The notes under the pieces were generated by a model. It was not told the DNA's origin, ran no database searches, and worked only from the letters and a program-made list of their open reading frames with translations. 64,000 nucleotides of DNA from Rhodothermales bacterium (GTDB lineage: Bacteria > Bacteroidota > Rhodothermia > Rhodothermales > VXPQ01): contig JBBDTI010000075.1 in assembly GCA_040904565.1 (NCBI GenBank), forward strand, positions 183,659 to 247,658. The letters run 5' to 3'. This document shows positions 21,200-33,684 of this stretch, one piece after another. The translations under genes and the position numbers were made by a program. Positions within the stretch are counted from its first letter, which is position 1; each line of letters begins with the position of its first letter.

Positions 21200-22189
21200 C
21201 TATGCTTCGACGGCTTCCGCGCTGCGTTCGGCCATCTCCGCTACGCCGTCATCGTTAGCGTACGTGACGATACCGCGCGACGGAACACCCTTCGCGCGAC
21301 TGGCCTTTACCATGGCATCGCGGATCGATACGGCGTCCTCGCGCGATCCCGCTACGGCGAACATGGCCGGACCCGACCCGGTGAGCGCACAGCCGAAAGC
21401 GCCCGCATCGAGCGCCGCGCTGCGCACGTTGTCGTAGCACGGAACGAGACCGGCGCGGACCGGCTCTACGAGCCGATCCTCCATCGTGCACCGTCCGACG
21501 GTCTCCCAGTCACCGCATCGGTAGGCATCGACCAGGAACGCAAGCTCGGACGCATTGTGGACGGCGTCTCGAAGCGACACCCTCTCGGGGAGCATGTCAC
21601 GTGCCTCCTTCGTCAGCACCTCCACTTCAGGGAGCAGCAGGGCAAGATGAAGGGTTCGGGGCAGCTCGATGCGGCGATATCGCGACGGTTGGCTCGACGA
21701 GACGAGCACGAGTCCGCCCAGCAACGCCGGCAGGGCGTTGTCGCCGTGGCGCCCGCCCGAGGCGAGATCCTCTGCGTCCAGCACGGATTCGATCAGGGCT
21801 TCTTTTTCGAGCGGACATCCATAGACCACGTTGGCGGCCCACGCACCGGCGACGGCACTGGCCGCGGAGCCCCCGATGCCTGAGCCGAGGGGAATACCTT
21901 TCTTGAGCGTAAAGGCAACACCGCCGTCCACTCCCAGAATATCCAGGACGCCCTTTGCTGCAATGACGGCCGTATTCATGTTCGGGTCCCTCGGGGCGAT
22001 CCAGGATACGTCGCCCTGCGCGTGAGCGAGGTGGACCCCCGGCGCATCGGCACGCCGGGCCGCAATGACGTCCCCGATACCTGAGATGCAAAGGCCGAGG
22101 GCGTCGAAACCGGGCCCCAGGTTGGACAGGGATGCAGGCCCGAAAATGTGAACCTCGGCACTCGTTTGGTCGACTTGAATATCACTCAT
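21200..22189 (-). CDS. thrB: Homoserine kinase
   Basis: PASLSNLGPGFDALG; GHMP motif IPLGSGIGGSAAS; HGDN; LTGSGP. Confidence 0.93.
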   Translation of the reverse strand: MSDIQVDQTSAEVHIFGPASLSNLGPGFDALGLCISGIGDVIAARRADAPGVHLAHAQGDVSWIAPRDPNMNTAVIAAKGVLDILGVDGGVAFTLKKGIPLGSGIGGSAASAVAGAWAANVVYGCPLEKEALIESVLDAEDLASGGRHGDNALPALLGGLVLVSSSQPSRYRRIELPRTLHLALLLPEVEVLTKEARDMLPERVSLRDAVHNASELAFLVDAYRCGDWETVGRCTMEDRLVEPVRAGLVPCYDNVRSAALDAGAFGCALTGSGPAMFAVAGSREDAVSIRDAMVKASRAKGVPSRGIVTYANDDGVAEMAERSAEAVEA

Positions 22190-22264
22190 AGGGTACAGGG
22201 ATACGGCCGGATTCGACGCCGCGCACGGTCGCTGCGGCGTCCCATATAACGGGCGCTCTTAACG

Positions 22265-23734
22265 TCAGCGTACTCGTGGAAGATCCCCCACCCCCTTCGT
22301 CGGAAGCGTCGTTTCCGACTGGCGAAGATATGCATCCACCCCCCGGGCGGCCTCGCGCCCTTCGGCAATGGCCCATACCACGAGCGACTGCCCTCTGCGC
22401 ATGTCTCCGGCCGCGAATACACCGGGGCGCGAGGTCATGTAGTCGTCGTCCGTCTTTACGTTGCCCCGTTCGTCCAGGTCGACGTCGAGCGCTGCAATCA
22501 CGCCGTCCGGTTCCGGTCCGACGTATCCGATGGCGAGCAGCACGAGATCCGCGTTCCACAGATGTTCGGACCCCGGCTTTTCTTCGAAGCGCATGCGGCC
22601 GGATTCATCTTCCTGGGGAGACACCTCGACCGTACGCAGTTTCTCCACCACGCCGTCGCTGCCGAGAAATTCCTTCGTCATGATACTCCAGCGCCGGTCG
22701 GCACCTTCCTCGTGCGAGGAGGTGATCGAGAGGACCATCGGCATGAACGGCCAGGGCTGGTGCGGAGGGCGGTCTTCCGGTGGAACGGGGAGCAGCTCGA
22801 ACTGCGTGATCGACCGGGCGCCCTGCCGGTTGGCCGTGCCGATGCAGTCGCTCCCGGTATCACCGCCTCCAATGACGATGACGTCCTTGTTCGTGGCGAG
22901 GATCGGATCGACGCCGTCCAGTTCGTCACCTTCGTTGCGCTTGTTCTGCTGCCAGAGAAAGTCCCACGCGAAATGGACGCCGTCCAGCTCCCGCCCCGGC
23001 ACGGGCAGATCCCGCGGCTTCGTCGAACCGCCCGACAGCACGATAGCGTCGAAGTGATCGAGCCGCGAGACGGGGTAATTCTTCCCTACCTCGGCGTTCG
23101 TGACGAACTTGACGCCTTCCTCCCGCATCACGTCGACGCGCCGTTCGACGATCCACTTTTCGAGCTTGAAGTCGGGAATCCCGTAGCGCAGCAAACCGCC
23201 GATGCGATCGTCGCGCTCGAAGACGGTAACGGAGTGCCCCGCCTGATTGACCTGATCCGCCGCTGCGAGTCCGGCCGGCCCCGAACCCACCACGGCGACC
23301 TCGCATCCCGTGCGCTCGACCGGCGGACGCGGTGCGTACCACCCTTCATCCCATCCCCGATCGGAGATATTCTTCTCGATCTGCTCGATCGTGACGGGTG
23401 GCTCGTTGATCCCCAGAACGCAGGCCGACTCGCACGGAGCCGGACAGATGCGACCGGTAAATTCCGGAAAGTTGTTCGTGGCGCGAAGCCGCTGAAACGC
23501 CTCGTCCCATCGATCGCGGTATACCAGGTCGTTCCAGTCAGGAATGATATTCCCCAGGGGACAACCCGACTGGCAAAACGGCACGCCGCAGTCCATACAC
23601 CGCGCCGCCTGCTGCTTGACCTTCTTGACCGGCAGCTCCAGATAGATGTCACGAAAATCCTGCTTGCGTTCCTCTACAGGGCGCCGAGGAGCAAGCTCCC
23701 GGTCATACTCAATGAAGCCTGTTATCTTTCCCAT
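22265..23734 (-). CDS. gltD: Glutamate synthase small subunit
   Basis: RCMDCGVPFC--GCP, NNFPEFTGRICPAPCE, GSGPAG, GGGDTGSDC, GDMRRGQSLVVWAI. Confidence 0.96.
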   Translation of the reverse strand: MGKITGFIEYDRELAPRRPVEERKQDFRDIYLELPVKKVKQQAARCMDCGVPFCQSGCPLGNIIPDWNDLVYRDRWDEAFQRLRATNNFPEFTGRICPAPCESACVLGINEPPVTIEQIEKNISDRGWDEGWYAPRPPVERTGCEVAVVGSGPAGLAAADQVNQAGHSVTVFERDDRIGGLLRYGIPDFKLEKWIVERRVDVMREEGVKFVTNAEVGKNYPVSRLDHFDAIVLSGGSTKPRDLPVPGRELDGVHFAWDFLWQQNKRNEGDELDGVDPILATNKDVIVIGGGDTGSDCIGTANRQGARSITQFELLPVPPEDRPPHQPWPFMPMVLSITSSHEEGADRRWSIMTKEFLGSDGVVEKLRTVEVSPQEDESGRMRFEEKPGSEHLWNADLVLLAIGYVGPEPDGVIAALDVDLDERGNVKTDDDYMTSRPGVFAAGDMRRGQSLVVWAIAEGREAARGVDAYLRQSETTLPTKGVGDLPRVR

Positions 23735-23804
23735 CTATATACATCTCTATGTGCTCAACTCATCTCGTACATCCACACCGGCCTGTGCGGACCGGCCGCC
23801 GCGA

Positions 23805-26800
23805 TCAGGCCGCGACCTGTTCCGACAGGGCTTCGTCGCCCGATTCCTCCTCGAGGCGCAGCAGCGCATTGCGATACTCGACCGGCATAACCTTGACGAA
23901 CTCCTCGAGAGAAGCCTCCCAGTTCTCCAGCACCCAGCGCGCGGTCTTGCTGTCCGTGTAGCGGTAGTGGTTTTCGACCATTTCACGGAGCTCCGTAATG
24001 TCGGCTGGATCGGTGACCTCTTCGAGGTCCACCATCTCGATATTGCACCTAAGGGTTCTAAACTCCAGGGTTCCGTCGAGCACGTAGGCGACGCCCCCGC
24101 TCATCCCCGCCGCGAAATTGCGGCCCGTCGGTCCGAGCACGACGACGCGCCCGCCCGTCATGTATTCGCAGCCGTGGTCCCCGATACCTTCGACGACGGC
24201 ACGGACGCCGCTGTTGCGAACGCCGAACCGCTCACCGGCCTGCCCGCGCACGTATACCTCGCCGCGCGTCGCACCGTAGAGGGCCACGTTCCCGACGATG
24301 ATGTTATCGTGAGGCGTGTAGGAAGCTGTTTCGGGCGGACGGATAATCAGGCGTGCGCCGGAAAGGCCCTTTCCGAAGTAATCGTTTGCATCGCCGCTCA
24401 ACCGCACCGTGATACCGCGCGCCCCGAACGCCATAAAGCTCTGTCCGCCCGAACCCGTCATATTCATCCGGATCGTGTCGTCGGGAAGGCCCTTCAGCGG
24501 ATAGCGCTTGCTGACTTCGGCCGACAGCAACGTGCCGACCGTACGATGAGTATTGTTGATCTTCACGTCGAACTCCACGGGCTGGCCACGCTGGAGTGCA
24601 TCCTCCGCCTTCTTGATGAGCAGATGGTCGAGCGCTCGCTCGATGCCGTGATCCTGCTCGGTCGCGTGAAACTTGCGAAGCGCGGGCGGCACCTCGGCCT
24701 TGACGAGGATGGGGGAGAGATCGAGGTGCCGCGCCTTCCAGTGCTTGACGCCGGACCGGGCCTTCAGCCGCTGAACCTGTCCGACCATCTCGTCGATCGT
24801 CCGAAATCCGAGCTGCGCCATCACCTTGCGCAGCTCCTCCGCCACGAAGTGGAAGTAATTGATCACGTGCTCCGGCTTGCCCTCGAATTTCTTGCGGAGC
24901 TCCGGATCCTGCGTGGCGATGCCGACGGGACACGTGTTGAGGTGACACTTGCGCATCATGATGCAGCCCATGGCCACCAGCGGCGCCGTGGCAAAGCCGA
25001 ATTCGTCGGCTCCGAGCAGACAGGCAATCGCCACGTCGCGCCCGGTCTTTAGCTGGCCGTCACATTCGAGCTTTACGCGGCTGCGGAGGCCGTTCCGCAT
25101 GAGCACCTGGTGGGCTTCCGAAAGCCCGAGCTCCCAGGGCAGTCCGGCGTGCATCAGCGAAGTCGCCGGCGACGCGCCCGTCCCGCCGTCATGGCCGGAG
25201 ATGAGAATTACGTCGGCCTTCCCCTTCGCCACGCCGGCAGCCACCGTGCCGACACCCACTTCGGAGACCAGCTTGACGGTCACCCGCGCGTCCGGATTCG
25301 AATTCTTGAGATCGTGGATGAGCTGCGCCAGGTCCTCGATCGAATAAATGTCGTGGTGCGGCGGTGGAGAGATCAGTCCGACGTACGGCGTGGAATGACG
25401 CGTCTTGGCGATCCACGGATACACCTTCTCACCGGGCAGCTGACCACCCTCGCCGGGCTTGGCACCCTGCGCCATCTTGATCTGGATCTCGTCGGCGCTC
25501 GTCAGATAGTCGATCGTGACGCCGAATCGTCCGGAGGCCACCTGCTTGATGCGGCTCCGCTTCTCACTGTCCCGACGATACCGGCTCGGGTCTTCTCCCC
25601 CCTCGCCGGTGTTGTTCTTACCGCCGAGGCGATTCATCGCCACGGCCAGCGTCTCGTGTACCTCCTGCGAGATGGAGCCGTACGACATGGCGCCCGTCTT
25701 GAAGCGCTTTACGATTTCGGTCCACGGTTCTACCTCGTCGAGAGGCACCGGGTTAACGTCCGCGTCGTCGAATTCCAGCAGGCCGCGCAGCGTACCCAGG
25801 GTCTTCGTTTGATCGTTGATCCGCTCGGCGAAATCGTCGTACGTATCGGGCTGCCCCGAACGCACGGCATGCTGAAGGCGGGCGATCGACATGGGATTGA
25901 ACATGTGAAACTCGCCGTTGCGACGCCACAGGTATTTCCCGCCCGGCTCGAGGTCCGTCGCAAAGGATATTTCGACCTCCGGATACGCCTTTCGGTGGCG
26001 GATCCGGGCTTCCTCGGCGATGACGTCGAGGCCGATGCCGCCGATCCGGCTGGCCGTCCCGGCGAAATAGTCGTCGATGACCTCCTGCGAGATGCCGATG
26101 GCCTCGAAGATCTGCGCGCCGCGATAGCTCTGCACGGTGGAGATGCCCATCTTGGACATCACCTTCAGGATGCCCTTCCCGACGGCCTTGATATACTTTG
26201 CCTTCGCCTCGTCGGACGATACGTCTTCGTCTGCCAGGAGGCGCACGATGACCTGGAGCGCCAGGTAGGGATTCACCGCGTCGGCTCCATAGCCGATGAG
26301 CGCGCAGAAGTGATGCACCTCCCGCGGCTCACCGCTCTCGACGACGATCGAGGCACGCGTCCGCAACCCTTTTCGGATGAGGTGATGATGTACGGCGCCC
26401 GTTGCGAGGAGTGCAGGGATTGCCACCCCATCCGGGCCGGCGCGGCGGTCGGAGAGCACGAGGACGGAGCGGCCTTCCTCCACCGCCTTTTCCGCCTTTC
26501 GGCGGATACCGTCGAGAGCCCCGCGGAGTGCATCCCCGCCACCGTCCGCATCGAATATCATGTCCAGCCGTTCGGCCTGGAGCTCGTCGATACCTGAATT
26601 CGGCAATCGAGTAAGATCCCGATCCGTCAGTATCGGCTGCTTGAGTATGAGCTTCCGGCAGTGCTGCGGCGTTTCCTTAAAGAGATCGCGTTCCGACCCG
26701 AGCTGCGTAAACAAGGAGGTCACCAGCTCCTCGCGTATAGCGTCGAGAGGAGGATTCGTCACCTGCGCGAAGAGCTGGCGGAAGTAATCGTAGAGCAAGC

Positions 26801-28337
26801 GCGGGTTGTCCGACAGCACCGCGATCGGCGTGTCGTCCCCCATGGAGCCCAGCACCTCCTTGCCGCGCATCCCCATCGGCTTCATGAGGACGCGCTCGTC
26901 TTCCAGCGTATAGCCGAAAAGCTTCTCCCTGGTATGCAGCTCATCCTGATCGTACCCCGCCGGCTTACCGTGATCCGGCAGATCCTGGATGTGCACCGTG
27001 TTGTCGCGGATCCACTCCCCGTAAGGCCGGCGCGTGGCCAGCCGGGTTTTGATTTCCTCGTCGCTGATAATTCGATGCTCCTGCAGATCCACAAGAAACA
27101 TCTTCCCGGGCTGCAGGCGTCCCTTCGACTCGACGTTCGCTGGATCCACTCTCAGCACGCCGGTCTCCGACGAGAGAATAACGCAGCCGTCTTTCGTGAC
27201 CGTGTAGCGCGACGGGCGGAGGCCGTTTCGGTCCAGCACGGCCCCGATGTACCGGCCGTCCGTGAACGGCAGGGTGGCCGGTCCGTCCCACGGCTCCATC
27301 AGGCAGGAATGATACTCGTAGAACGCACGTTTCTCCTCACTCATCTCGTTCGCATACTCCCACGCTTCCGGCACGAGCATCATCATCGCGTGGGGCAGGG
27401 AGCGGCCCGTATGATAGAGCAGCTCGACGGCGTTGTCCAGCACCGCCGAATCGCTCTGCCCTTCCGTGAGGATAGGCAGCAGTTTCTTCATGTCGTCCCC
27501 GAAAAGATCCGACTCGAAGAGTTCCTGCCGCGCGTTCATCCAGTTGACGTTCCCGCGCAGCGTGTTGATCTCGCCGTTATGAGAGATAAAGCGGAACGGC
27601 TGAGCGAGGCTCCATTGCGGCAGCGTATTCGTCGAGAAGCGAGAGTGAACCATGGCGAGCGCGCTCTTCATGAGCGGATCGCTGAGATCGGGATAGTACT
27701 CGCCGAGCTGCTCGACGGTCAGCATGCCCTTGTACACGAGCGTACGTGAGGACAGAGACGGAATGTAGCACGTATCCTTTTGCTTCAGATCCGAGTCCGC
27801 AATACTGTGCTCGACGACCTTTCGGATCACGAAGAGCTTGCGCTCGAAGGCATCCTGATCCTTAACTCCGCGTCCCTTTTCGACGAAGACCTGCCAGATG
27901 TCGGGTTCCTGCTGGCGGGACGCCTCTCCCACGCGCGCGTCGTTAGTCGGTACTCGGCGCCAGCCGATGACCTTCTGGCCTTCGGCCTGAACCACTTCTT
28001 CGATTTTTTCTCTGCAGGCGGTGCGCTCGTCGTAGTCCTGCGGCAGAAATACGAGTCCGGCCGCATACGATCCCGGCTCCTTCGATCCGGCGCCCAGGTC
28101 GTCCAGAATGGATGCAAAAAATTCGTGCGGCAGTTGCATGAGGATTCCCGTCCCGTCGCCCGTCCGCTCGTCACAGCCACACGCACCGCGGTGCTCCAGG
28201 TTGATCAACATTTCGATCCCCTTCTTCACGATATCGTGCGAGGGCGTATTCTGTACGTTACAGATAAAGCCTACGCCGCACGCGTCGTGCTCGTAGAAGG
28301 AGTCGTACAAGCCTTCGCGAGTACGTGAGTATTGCAT
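23805..28337 (-). CDS. gltB: Glutamate synthase large subunit
   Basis: EHDACGVG (N-terminal nucleophile Cys), [41 protein letters not shown] (3Fe-4S), GXGXG C-terminal domain. Confidence 0.98.
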   Translation of the reverse strand: MQYSRTREGLYDSFYEHDACGVGFICNVQNTPSHDIVKKGIEMLINLEHRGACGCDERTGDGTGILMQLPHEFFASILDDLGAGSKEPGSYAAGLVFLPQDYDERTACREKIEEVVQAEGQKVIGWRRVPTNDARVGEASRQQEPDIWQVFVEKGRGVKDQDAFERKLFVIRKVVEHSIADSDLKQKDTCYIPSLSSRTLVYKGMLTVEQLGEYYPDLSDPLMKSALAMVHSRFSTNTLPQWSLAQPFRFISHNGEINTLRGNVNWMNARQELFESDLFGDDMKKLLPILTEGQSDSAVLDNAVELLYHTGRSLPHAMMMLVPEAWEYANEMSEEKRAFYEYHSCLMEPWDGPATLPFTDGRYIGAVLDRNGLRPSRYTVTKDGCVILSSETGVLRVDPANVESKGRLQPGKMFLVDLQEHRIISDEEIKTRLATRRPYGEWIRDNTVHIQDLPDHGKPAGYDQDELHTREKLFGYTLEDERVLMKPMGMRGKEVLGSMGDDTPIAVLSDNPRLLYDYFRQLFAQVTNPPLDAIREELVTSLFTQLGSERDLFKETPQHCRKLILKQPILTDRDLTRLPNSGIDELQAERLDMIFDADGGGDALRGALDGIRRKAEKAVEEGRSVLVLSDRRAGPDGVAIPALLATGAVHHHLIRKGLRTRASIVVESGEPREVHHFCALIGYGADAVNPYLALQVIVRLLADEDVSSDEAKAKYIKAVGKGILKVMSKMGISTVQSYRGAQIFEAIGISQEVIDDYFAGTASRIGGIGLDVIAEEARIRHRKAYPEVEISFATDLEPGGKYLWRRNGEFHMFNPMSIARLQHAVRSGQPDTYDDFAERINDQTKTLGTLRGLLEFDDADVNPVPLDEVEPWTEIVKRFKTGAMSYGSISQEVHETLAVAMNRLGGKNNTGEGGEDPSRYRRDSEKRSRIKQVASGRFGVTIDYLTSADEIQIKMAQGAKPGEGGQLPGEKVYPWIAKTRHSTPYVGLISPPPHHDIYSIEDLAQLIHDLKNSNPDARVTVKLVSEVGVGTVAAGVAKGKADVILISGHDGGTGASPATSLMHAGLPWELGLSEAHQVLMRNGLRSRVKLECDGQLKTGRDVAIACLLGADEFGFATAPLVAMGCIMMRKCHLNTCPVGIATQDPELRKKFEGKPEHVINYFHFVAEELRKVMAQLGFRTIDEMVGQVQRLKARSGVKHWKARHLDLSPILVKAEVPPALRKFHATEQDHGIERALDHLLIKKAEDALQRGQPVEFDVKINNTHRTVGTLLSAEVSKRYPLKGLPDDTIRMNMTGSGGQSFMAFGARGITVRLSGDANDYFGKGLSGARLIIRPPETASYTPHDNIIVGNVALYGATRGEVYVRGQAGERFGVRNSGVRAVVEGIGDHGCEYMTGGRVVVLGPTGRNFAAGMSGGVAYVLDGTLEFRTLRCNIEMVDLEEVTDPADITELREMVENHYRYTDSKTARWVLENWEASLEEFVKVMPVEYRNALLRLEEESGDEALSEQVAA

Positions 28338-28369
28338 GTGCTCCTCGGTAATTGTGATCTATTTGAAAG

Positions 28370-28404
28370 AACGCCGGTCAGGTCAGGCCACAAGACCGGC
28401 CGTT
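28370..28404 (-). terminator. Possible intrinsic terminator or hairpin between cimA and gltB
   Basis: Minus-strand stem AACG-GCCGGTC...GACCGGC-GTT followed by CTTTC (weak U tract). Confidence 0.35.
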
Positions 28405-28422
28405 AATGCAGTCGAAGCCTGT

Positions 28423-30093
28423 TCAGGCAGGCGGCATCGCCGATACCGTCGCCTGCTCCGCTGCGGCACCGCCGCCGGTCGACGCCGTTCTCTTTGCAAT
28501 CGTAGCTCCTTTTCGCATCAATTCGTAGCGGACGCCGTCGGCGATCGCCTGCCAGCTCGCCTCCAGAATATTTGCCGAGACGCCCACGGTGCTCCACGTT
28601 TCCTCACCGTCGGTATGCTCGACGAGCACGCGCACATAGGCAGCCGTGCCGTCCTTCGGACTGACGACGCGTACTTTGTAGTCGGTCAGGCGAATGTGCT
28701 CGAGACCCGGATAGAAGGCCACGAGCACTTTTCTCAGCGCGTTGGAGAGCGCATCGACCGGCCCGACGCCTTCGGCGGCGAGCAGCTCGCGATTGCCCTC
28801 GACGCTGAGCGCGATCGTTGCTTCGGTGCAGTCCACCCCCTGGTCGTTCAGCTCGCTCCGTACCCGGAGGCGCTCGAGCGTGAAGAAACTCGTTTCCTCG
28901 CCCTGTATCTGCCGGAGCAGCAGTTCGAACGATGCTTCCGCCCCTTCGAACTCATAGCCCAGGTGCTCGAGCTCCTTGATGCGCTTGACGGCCCGTGCCG
29001 CCTCGTCGTCCTCGCCGAGTTCGAGCCCCAGCTCTTCCGCCTTGTATCGAACGTTGCTGCGCCCGGAAAGGTCGGAGACGAGGACGCGGCGCTTATTGCC
29101 CACTTCGTCCGGCACCAGGTGCTCGTAGGCCCGGGGATCTTTCATCACGGCCGAGACGTGGATGCCCCCCTTATGGGCGAACGCACTTCGCCCGACGTAC
29201 GCCGAACGATCGATGGGATCGAGATTGGCGATCTCGTTGACGTAGTGCGCGAGATCCGTCAGCTCCCGGAGACGATCCGGCGGCACGCAGTCGTAGCCCA
29301 GCTTTAGCTGGAGCCCGGGTACGACGGCCGTAAGGTCCGCATTGCCGCACCGTTCGCCGATCCCGTTAAACGTCCCCTGAACGTGGCGCGCGCCCGCTTC
29401 GACGGCCAGCAGGGTGTTTGCCGTCGCGCAGCCCCCATCATTGTGTGCGTGGATGCCGAGCGTGGTATCGAAGCTCTCGCGGACGTCGGCCATGACCGGA
29501 GCGATCTGATTGGGCAGCGTGCCGCCGTTGGTGTCGCAGAGAACCAGCACGTCCGCGCCGGCATCGGCCGCAGCTCTCAGCGTCTCCAGTGCATACTCCC
29601 GATCTTCGAAATAACCGTCGAAGAAATGCTCCGCATCGTAAATAACGCGGCGACCGTGCGAGCGCAGGTACTCGATGGAGGAATGAATGAGGTCCAGGTT
29701 TTCGTCCTTCGAGACCCCGAGGGCCACTTCCACGTGCAGCGTCCAGCTTTTACCGAACAGGGAGACGACGGACGTATCGGCCGCCAGCATGGCCTGAAGA
29801 TTGGGATCGTCTTCCGGCGCGTACTGGACGCGTCGCGTCGAACCGAACGCGCAGATCTTGGCCGTCTCCCACTCCACGTCCCGGGCCATTTCGAAGAACT
29901 CCTGATCCTTCGGATTCGAGCCCGGCCAGCCGCCCTCGATAATGTGAACCCCGAACCGGTCCATACGCCGCGCAATCTGCAGTTTGTCGTGCGCCGTCAT
30001 CGTGACGTGCTCGCCCTGCGTACCGTCTCTCAGCGTCGTATCGAAGAGCTCTATCGCTCTGCTCTCGGTGGAATGCGTGGAAGAATTGGCCAT
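28423..30093 (-). CDS. cimA: (R)-citramalate synthase
   Basis: DTTLRDGTQGE, EGGWPGSNPKD, YDAEHFFDG, CDTNGG, AFAHKGGIHVSAV, EGAEASFELL, WSTVGVS; start 30093 or 30114. Confidence 0.93.
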   Translation of the reverse strand: MANSSTHSTESRAIELFDTTLRDGTQGEHVTMTAHDKLQIARRMDRFGVHIIEGGWPGSNPKDQEFFEMARDVEWETAKICAFGSTRRVQYAPEDDPNLQAMLAADTSVVSLFGKSWTLHVEVALGVSKDENLDLIHSSIEYLRSHGRRVIYDAEHFFDGYFEDREYALETLRAAADAGADVLVLCDTNGGTLPNQIAPVMADVRESFDTTLGIHAHNDGGCATANTLLAVEAGARHVQGTFNGIGERCGNADLTAVVPGLQLKLGYDCVPPDRLRELTDLAHYVNEIANLDPIDRSAYVGRSAFAHKGGIHVSAVMKDPRAYEHLVPDEVGNKRRVLVSDLSGRSNVRYKAEELGLELGEDDEAARAVKRIKELEHLGYEFEGAEASFELLLRQIQGEETSFFTLERLRVRSELNDQGVDCTEATIALSVEGNRELLAAEGVGPVDALSNALRKVLVAFYPGLEHIRLTDYKVRVVSPKDGTAAYVRVLVEHTDGEETWSTVGVSANILEASWQAIADGVRYELMRKGATIAKRTASTGGGAAAEQATVSAMPPA

Positions 30094-30163
30094 GGGTTGT
30101 CGTCTTTCATTCAATGCCGTGGACTGCCTGTATGCGCGGCGACCCGGTCGGTCGCCCGACGCA

Positions 30164-30727
30164 TCACGTCGGCATGAGGCCGGCGCGGCGCGCGTATTCG
30201 AAGACGTTGCCGGCTTCGAGAATGTCGGCCACGTCGCCGAGCGGCTTGAGCAGGTATTCTTCGCCGGTCGTATGGTTGGTCAGCTTGCCGACGGACGTAT
30301 CGATCTCCAGGTCGTCGCCGGTGCGCACCCGTTCGACGAGCCGCTCGATCGACTCGAACGGCACGACAAAGCCCCCATCGACGGCGTTTCGATAGAAGAT
30401 CCTGGCGTAGCTCTCCGCTACGACGGCCTTACACCCCGCTTGCTGCAGGGCGAAGGGAGCGTGTTCTCGCGACGATCCGCAGCCGAAATTAGATCCGCCC
30501 ACGATGATCGCGTACTCGCTCTCGAAGGCCTCTTCCTCCGTAAACGGCTTGCCGCCGTACGGAAGTCCTTGCTGATCCGTCGGCACGCCGCTCAGCGCGA
30601 AGCGTCCGTAAAACTTCTTCTCCTCGGGATCGGAGAGGCTGTAGACGAGGTGCTCGGCCGGAATAATCTGGTCCGTGTCGATCGCGTCTCCCAGCACGTA
30701 GGCCTTTCCTTTAATGATGTCCTGCAT
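30164..30727 (-). CDS. leuD: 3-isopropylmalate dehydratase small subunit
   Basis: [33 protein letters not shown]. Confidence 0.93.
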   Translation of the reverse strand: MQDIIKGKAYVLGDAIDTDQIIPAEHLVYSLSDPEEKKFYGRFALSGVPTDQQGLPYGGKPFTEEEAFESEYAIIVGGSNFGCGSSREHAPFALQQAGCKAVVAESYARIFYRNAVDGGFVVPFESIERLVERVRTGDDLEIDTSVGKLTNHTTGEEYLLKPLGDVADILEAGNVFEYARRAGLMPT

Positions 30728-30775
30728 GTCGTCTCCCTTCTCTCCTGAATCTACAAACTGTGCATCGGCGCCGGT

Positions 30776-32068
30776 TTAGACGAGCACCTCGCGGGGGTCC
30801 GTGATGACGCCGGCAACCGCCGAGGCGGCTACCGTGAACGGCGAGGCTAGGTACACCGACGCATTCTTCGACCCCATTCGACCCGGGAAATTCCGGTTCG
30901 TGGTCGATATCACGACCTCCGTACCGTGCGTGCGTCCGAACGTGTCCGTCGGGCCGCCCAGGCAGGCAGCACAGGAAGCCTGACCGAGCTTGCAACCGGC
31001 CCGCTCGAAGATATCGTAGAGCGTCTCCCCGTCTACCCGCGTCGTATGCAGCTCGTTGCCAATATGGGTCGTCGCCGGCACGATGTACGTATCCACCCGC
31101 ACTTCCTGTCCTTTGAGGATTCTGGCGGCCGCCACGAAGTCTTCCAGCTTGCCGCCCGTGCAGCTGCCCACGTAGGCACGGTCGAGCCGGGTGCCGACAA
31201 CTTCCGAGACGGTAGCCTTGTTATCCGGACTGTGAGGCTTGGCCACGAGCGGCTCCATCTCCTCGACGTTGTACGTCTTGAACGTATGGAAGCGTGCGTC
31301 GTCGTCGCCGTAGACGGCCTCGAACGGGGCGTCCGTCCGGGCGCGCACGTACTCGAACGTCTTCTCGTCGGGCGGTATGATTCCGTTCTTTCCGCCGGCT
31401 TCGATGGCCATGTTCGTCAGCGTCATTCGCTCGTGAACGGGCAGATCGAAGACGGCTTGTCCGTCGAACTCGAGAGCGCGGTACGTACCGCCGTCCGTGC
31501 CGATGTCGCCGATGACCTGCAGGATGAGATCCTTGGCCATCAGATACGGCGGCAGCGTCCCTTCGAAGACGAACTTCATCGTCTCGGGGACTTTCACCCA
31601 CATCTTGCCCGTCCCCAGGATCAACGCCGCATCGGTGTTCCCCACACCCGTGGAGAACATCCCGAACGCCCCCGAGGTGCAGCTGTGGCTGTCCGTGCCG
31701 ACGAGCAGCGAGCCGGGACGGTTGAAGCCTTCCTCGGCCAGCGCCATGTGGCATACACCTTTATAGTTCGGCGTACCCGGATCGTAGTAGTAGGGCAGGT
31801 CGTGCTCCGCCGCAAACTCGCGGAGTATCTCCACGTTGCGGTTCGCGTGGTGGTTTTTCGTGAAGATATAGTGGTCGGGTATGATGACCAGCTTCTCCTT
31901 GTCCCACGGCACGGCATGTTCGCCGAACTCGCGCTTGAAGATGTCGATCGTGGGCGGTCCGCAGACGTCGTGCGTCATGAGGATGTCCACGTCGACCCAG
32001 ATATTGTCGCCTGGTGCCACGCGCTCGCGCCCGGCATGCCGGGCCAGTATTTTTTCGGTAATCGTCAC
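30776..32068 (-). CDS. leuC: 3-isopropylmalate dehydratase large subunit (short LeuC/HacA-type)
   Basis: THDVCGP, GTDSHSCT, GSCTGGK, CAACLGG, STTNRNFPGRMG. Confidence 0.93.
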   Translation of the reverse strand: MTITEKILARHAGRERVAPGDNIWVDVDILMTHDVCGPPTIDIFKREFGEHAVPWDKEKLVIIPDHYIFTKNHHANRNVEILREFAAEHDLPYYYDPGTPNYKGVCHMALAEEGFNRPGSLLVGTDSHSCTSGAFGMFSTGVGNTDAALILGTGKMWVKVPETMKFVFEGTLPPYLMAKDLILQVIGDIGTDGGTYRALEFDGQAVFDLPVHERMTLTNMAIEAGGKNGIIPPDEKTFEYVRARTDAPFEAVYGDDDARFHTFKTYNVEEMEPLVAKPHSPDNKATVSEVVGTRLDRAYVGSCTGGKLEDFVAAARILKGQEVRVDTYIVPATTHIGNELHTTRVDGETLYDIFERAGCKLGQASCAACLGGPTDTFGRTHGTEVVISTTNRNFPGRMGSKNASVYLASPFTVAASAVAGVITDPREVLV

Positions 32069-33675
32069 GCTGTTCCCCCCTGAAATGACCTCATGATTCC
32101 GTTTCCGACAAACGCCATGTTCTCTTCGTCGGAGCGATAGGCTTCCAGATGGTTGAGCGCATTGATATAGGCATCGGCGGACGCCTGGATCACGTCCGTA
32201 TGCTGGGCTCGCCCCTTGAAGTAAGCCCCGTTCTCACCAACCAGCACGGTCACCTCGCCGATCGCGTCGGCGCCTTCCGAAACGGATCGGATGGAGTAAC
32301 TCTCCAGCTCGTGGGTGCTCCCAACGGCGTGGTTGATCGCACGGTAGACGGCGTCGACCGGACCGTCCCCCGTTCCGCGCTCCTTGCGCCGTTCCCCGGT
32401 CCGGGTGTAGAGCACCTCCACCTCCGCCTCGGGCTGCCGGCCCGTGCCGACCGACACGGACATGTTCTCGAGGGTATAATGTGGATGCACGGCGTGCTCC
32501 TCATTGCCGCGCACGAGATGAACGAGATCCTCATCGAAGATCTCCTTCTTCCTGTCCGCCAGCTGAACGAAGAGCCTGTAGAGCGTATCCTTCCGGCTCT
32601 CTTCGACCTCCAGGCCCAGCCGCTCGAGGCGGCTGAAGAATCCGTGGCGGCCGGAGTGCCGGCCCAACCGGATCTGCTCCGCGGTCTGTCCAACCTCCGC
32701 CGCCTGCATGATCTCGTAAGTATCCCGCCGCTTCAACACCCCGTGCTGGTGAATTCCGGCTTCGTGGCTGAAGGCGTTCCGTCCCACGATGGCCTTATTG
32801 GGCGGCACGGGAAAGCCCGTCGCGACGGAGACCATCTTACTCGTCTCGGTCAGGTAGGTGGATTCGATGCCGGTATCCACGCCGAACTGTTCACCGCGCA
32901 CGCGGAGTGCCATGACGACCTCTTCGAGCGCGGCGTTGCCGGCACGCTCGCCGATGCCGTTGACGGTGCATTCGATCTGGCGCGCTCCGGCACGTACGGC
33001 CGCTATCGAATTGGCCACGGCCAGTCCGAGGTCGTCGTGGCAATGGGCGGAAAGCACGACGTCCGCGCCGTCGGGGATGCAGTCCCACGCGGCCTCGAAC
33101 ATCGCCGCGTACTCGTTCGGGGTACAGTAACCCGTCGTATCCGGAATGTTGATGGTCGTCGCGCCAGCCTCCACGGCCGCTCCGATGACCTCGCATAGAA
33201 AGGCGTGATCGGTACGACCGGCATCCTCGGCACTGAATTCGACGTCGTCGGTAAACGCGCGGGCCAGCTCCACCGCCTCGCGCGCCATGCGTACGATCGT
33301 GTTGCGCTTGGCCTTCAGTGTTTTACCGAACTTCGCTTCACCGAACTTCGCGTCGATGTGGATGTCGCTCGTGGCGATGAAGGTGTGGATGCGCGTCTTT
33401 TCCCCTCCGGCAAGCGCCTTGCCGGCCGCTTCCACGTCGCTCTCGAGCGCCCGCGCCAGCCCGCAAATCACGGGCCCTTTCACGTCGCGCACGATGCGCG
33501 CCACGGCTTCAAACTGGCCGGGAGAGGAAATGGGGAATCCCGCCTCGATAACGTCCACCTTCAGCTTGGCCAGCTGCTCGGCAATCCGGACTTTCTCCGG
33601 AACGGTCATCGACGCTCCGGGAGCCTGTTCCCCGTCGCGCAGCGTCGTGTCAAAAATGAATACGTGGTCTTTCAT
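32065..33675 (-). CDS. leuA: 2-isopropylmalate synthase
   Basis: [46 protein letters not shown]; C-terminal regulatory domain GDGPVDA. Confidence 0.96.
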   Translation of the reverse strand: MKDHVFIFDTTLRDGEQAPGASMTVPEKVRIAEQLAKLKVDVIEAGFPISSPGQFEAVARIVRDVKGPVICGLARALESDVEAAGKALAGGEKTRIHTFIATSDIHIDAKFGEAKFGKTLKAKRNTIVRMAREAVELARAFTDDVEFSAEDAGRTDHAFLCEVIGAAVEAGATTINIPDTTGYCTPNEYAAMFEAAWDCIPDGADVVLSAHCHDDLGLAVANSIAAVRAGARQIECTVNGIGERAGNAALEEVVMALRVRGEQFGVDTGIESTYLTETSKMVSVATGFPVPPNKAIVGRNAFSHEAGIHQHGVLKRRDTYEIMQAAEVGQTAEQIRLGRHSGRHGFFSRLERLGLEVEESRKDTLYRLFVQLADRKKEIFDEDLVHLVRGNEEHAVHPHYTLENMSVSVGTGRQPEAEVEVLYTRTGERRKERGTGDGPVDAVYRAINHAVGSTHELESYSIRSVSEGADAIGEVTVLVGENGAYFKGRAQHTDVIQASADAYINALNHLEAYRSDEENMAFVGNGIMRSFQGGTA

Positions 33676-33684
33676 GAGATCAGG

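Noticed and set aside
22562-28328. Long antisense ORFs (e.g. 22562-23890, 23646-25052, 25110-26597) and similar ones across the window
   Set aside because: Shadow frames opposite well-conserved genes, expected from high-GC codon bias; no motifs
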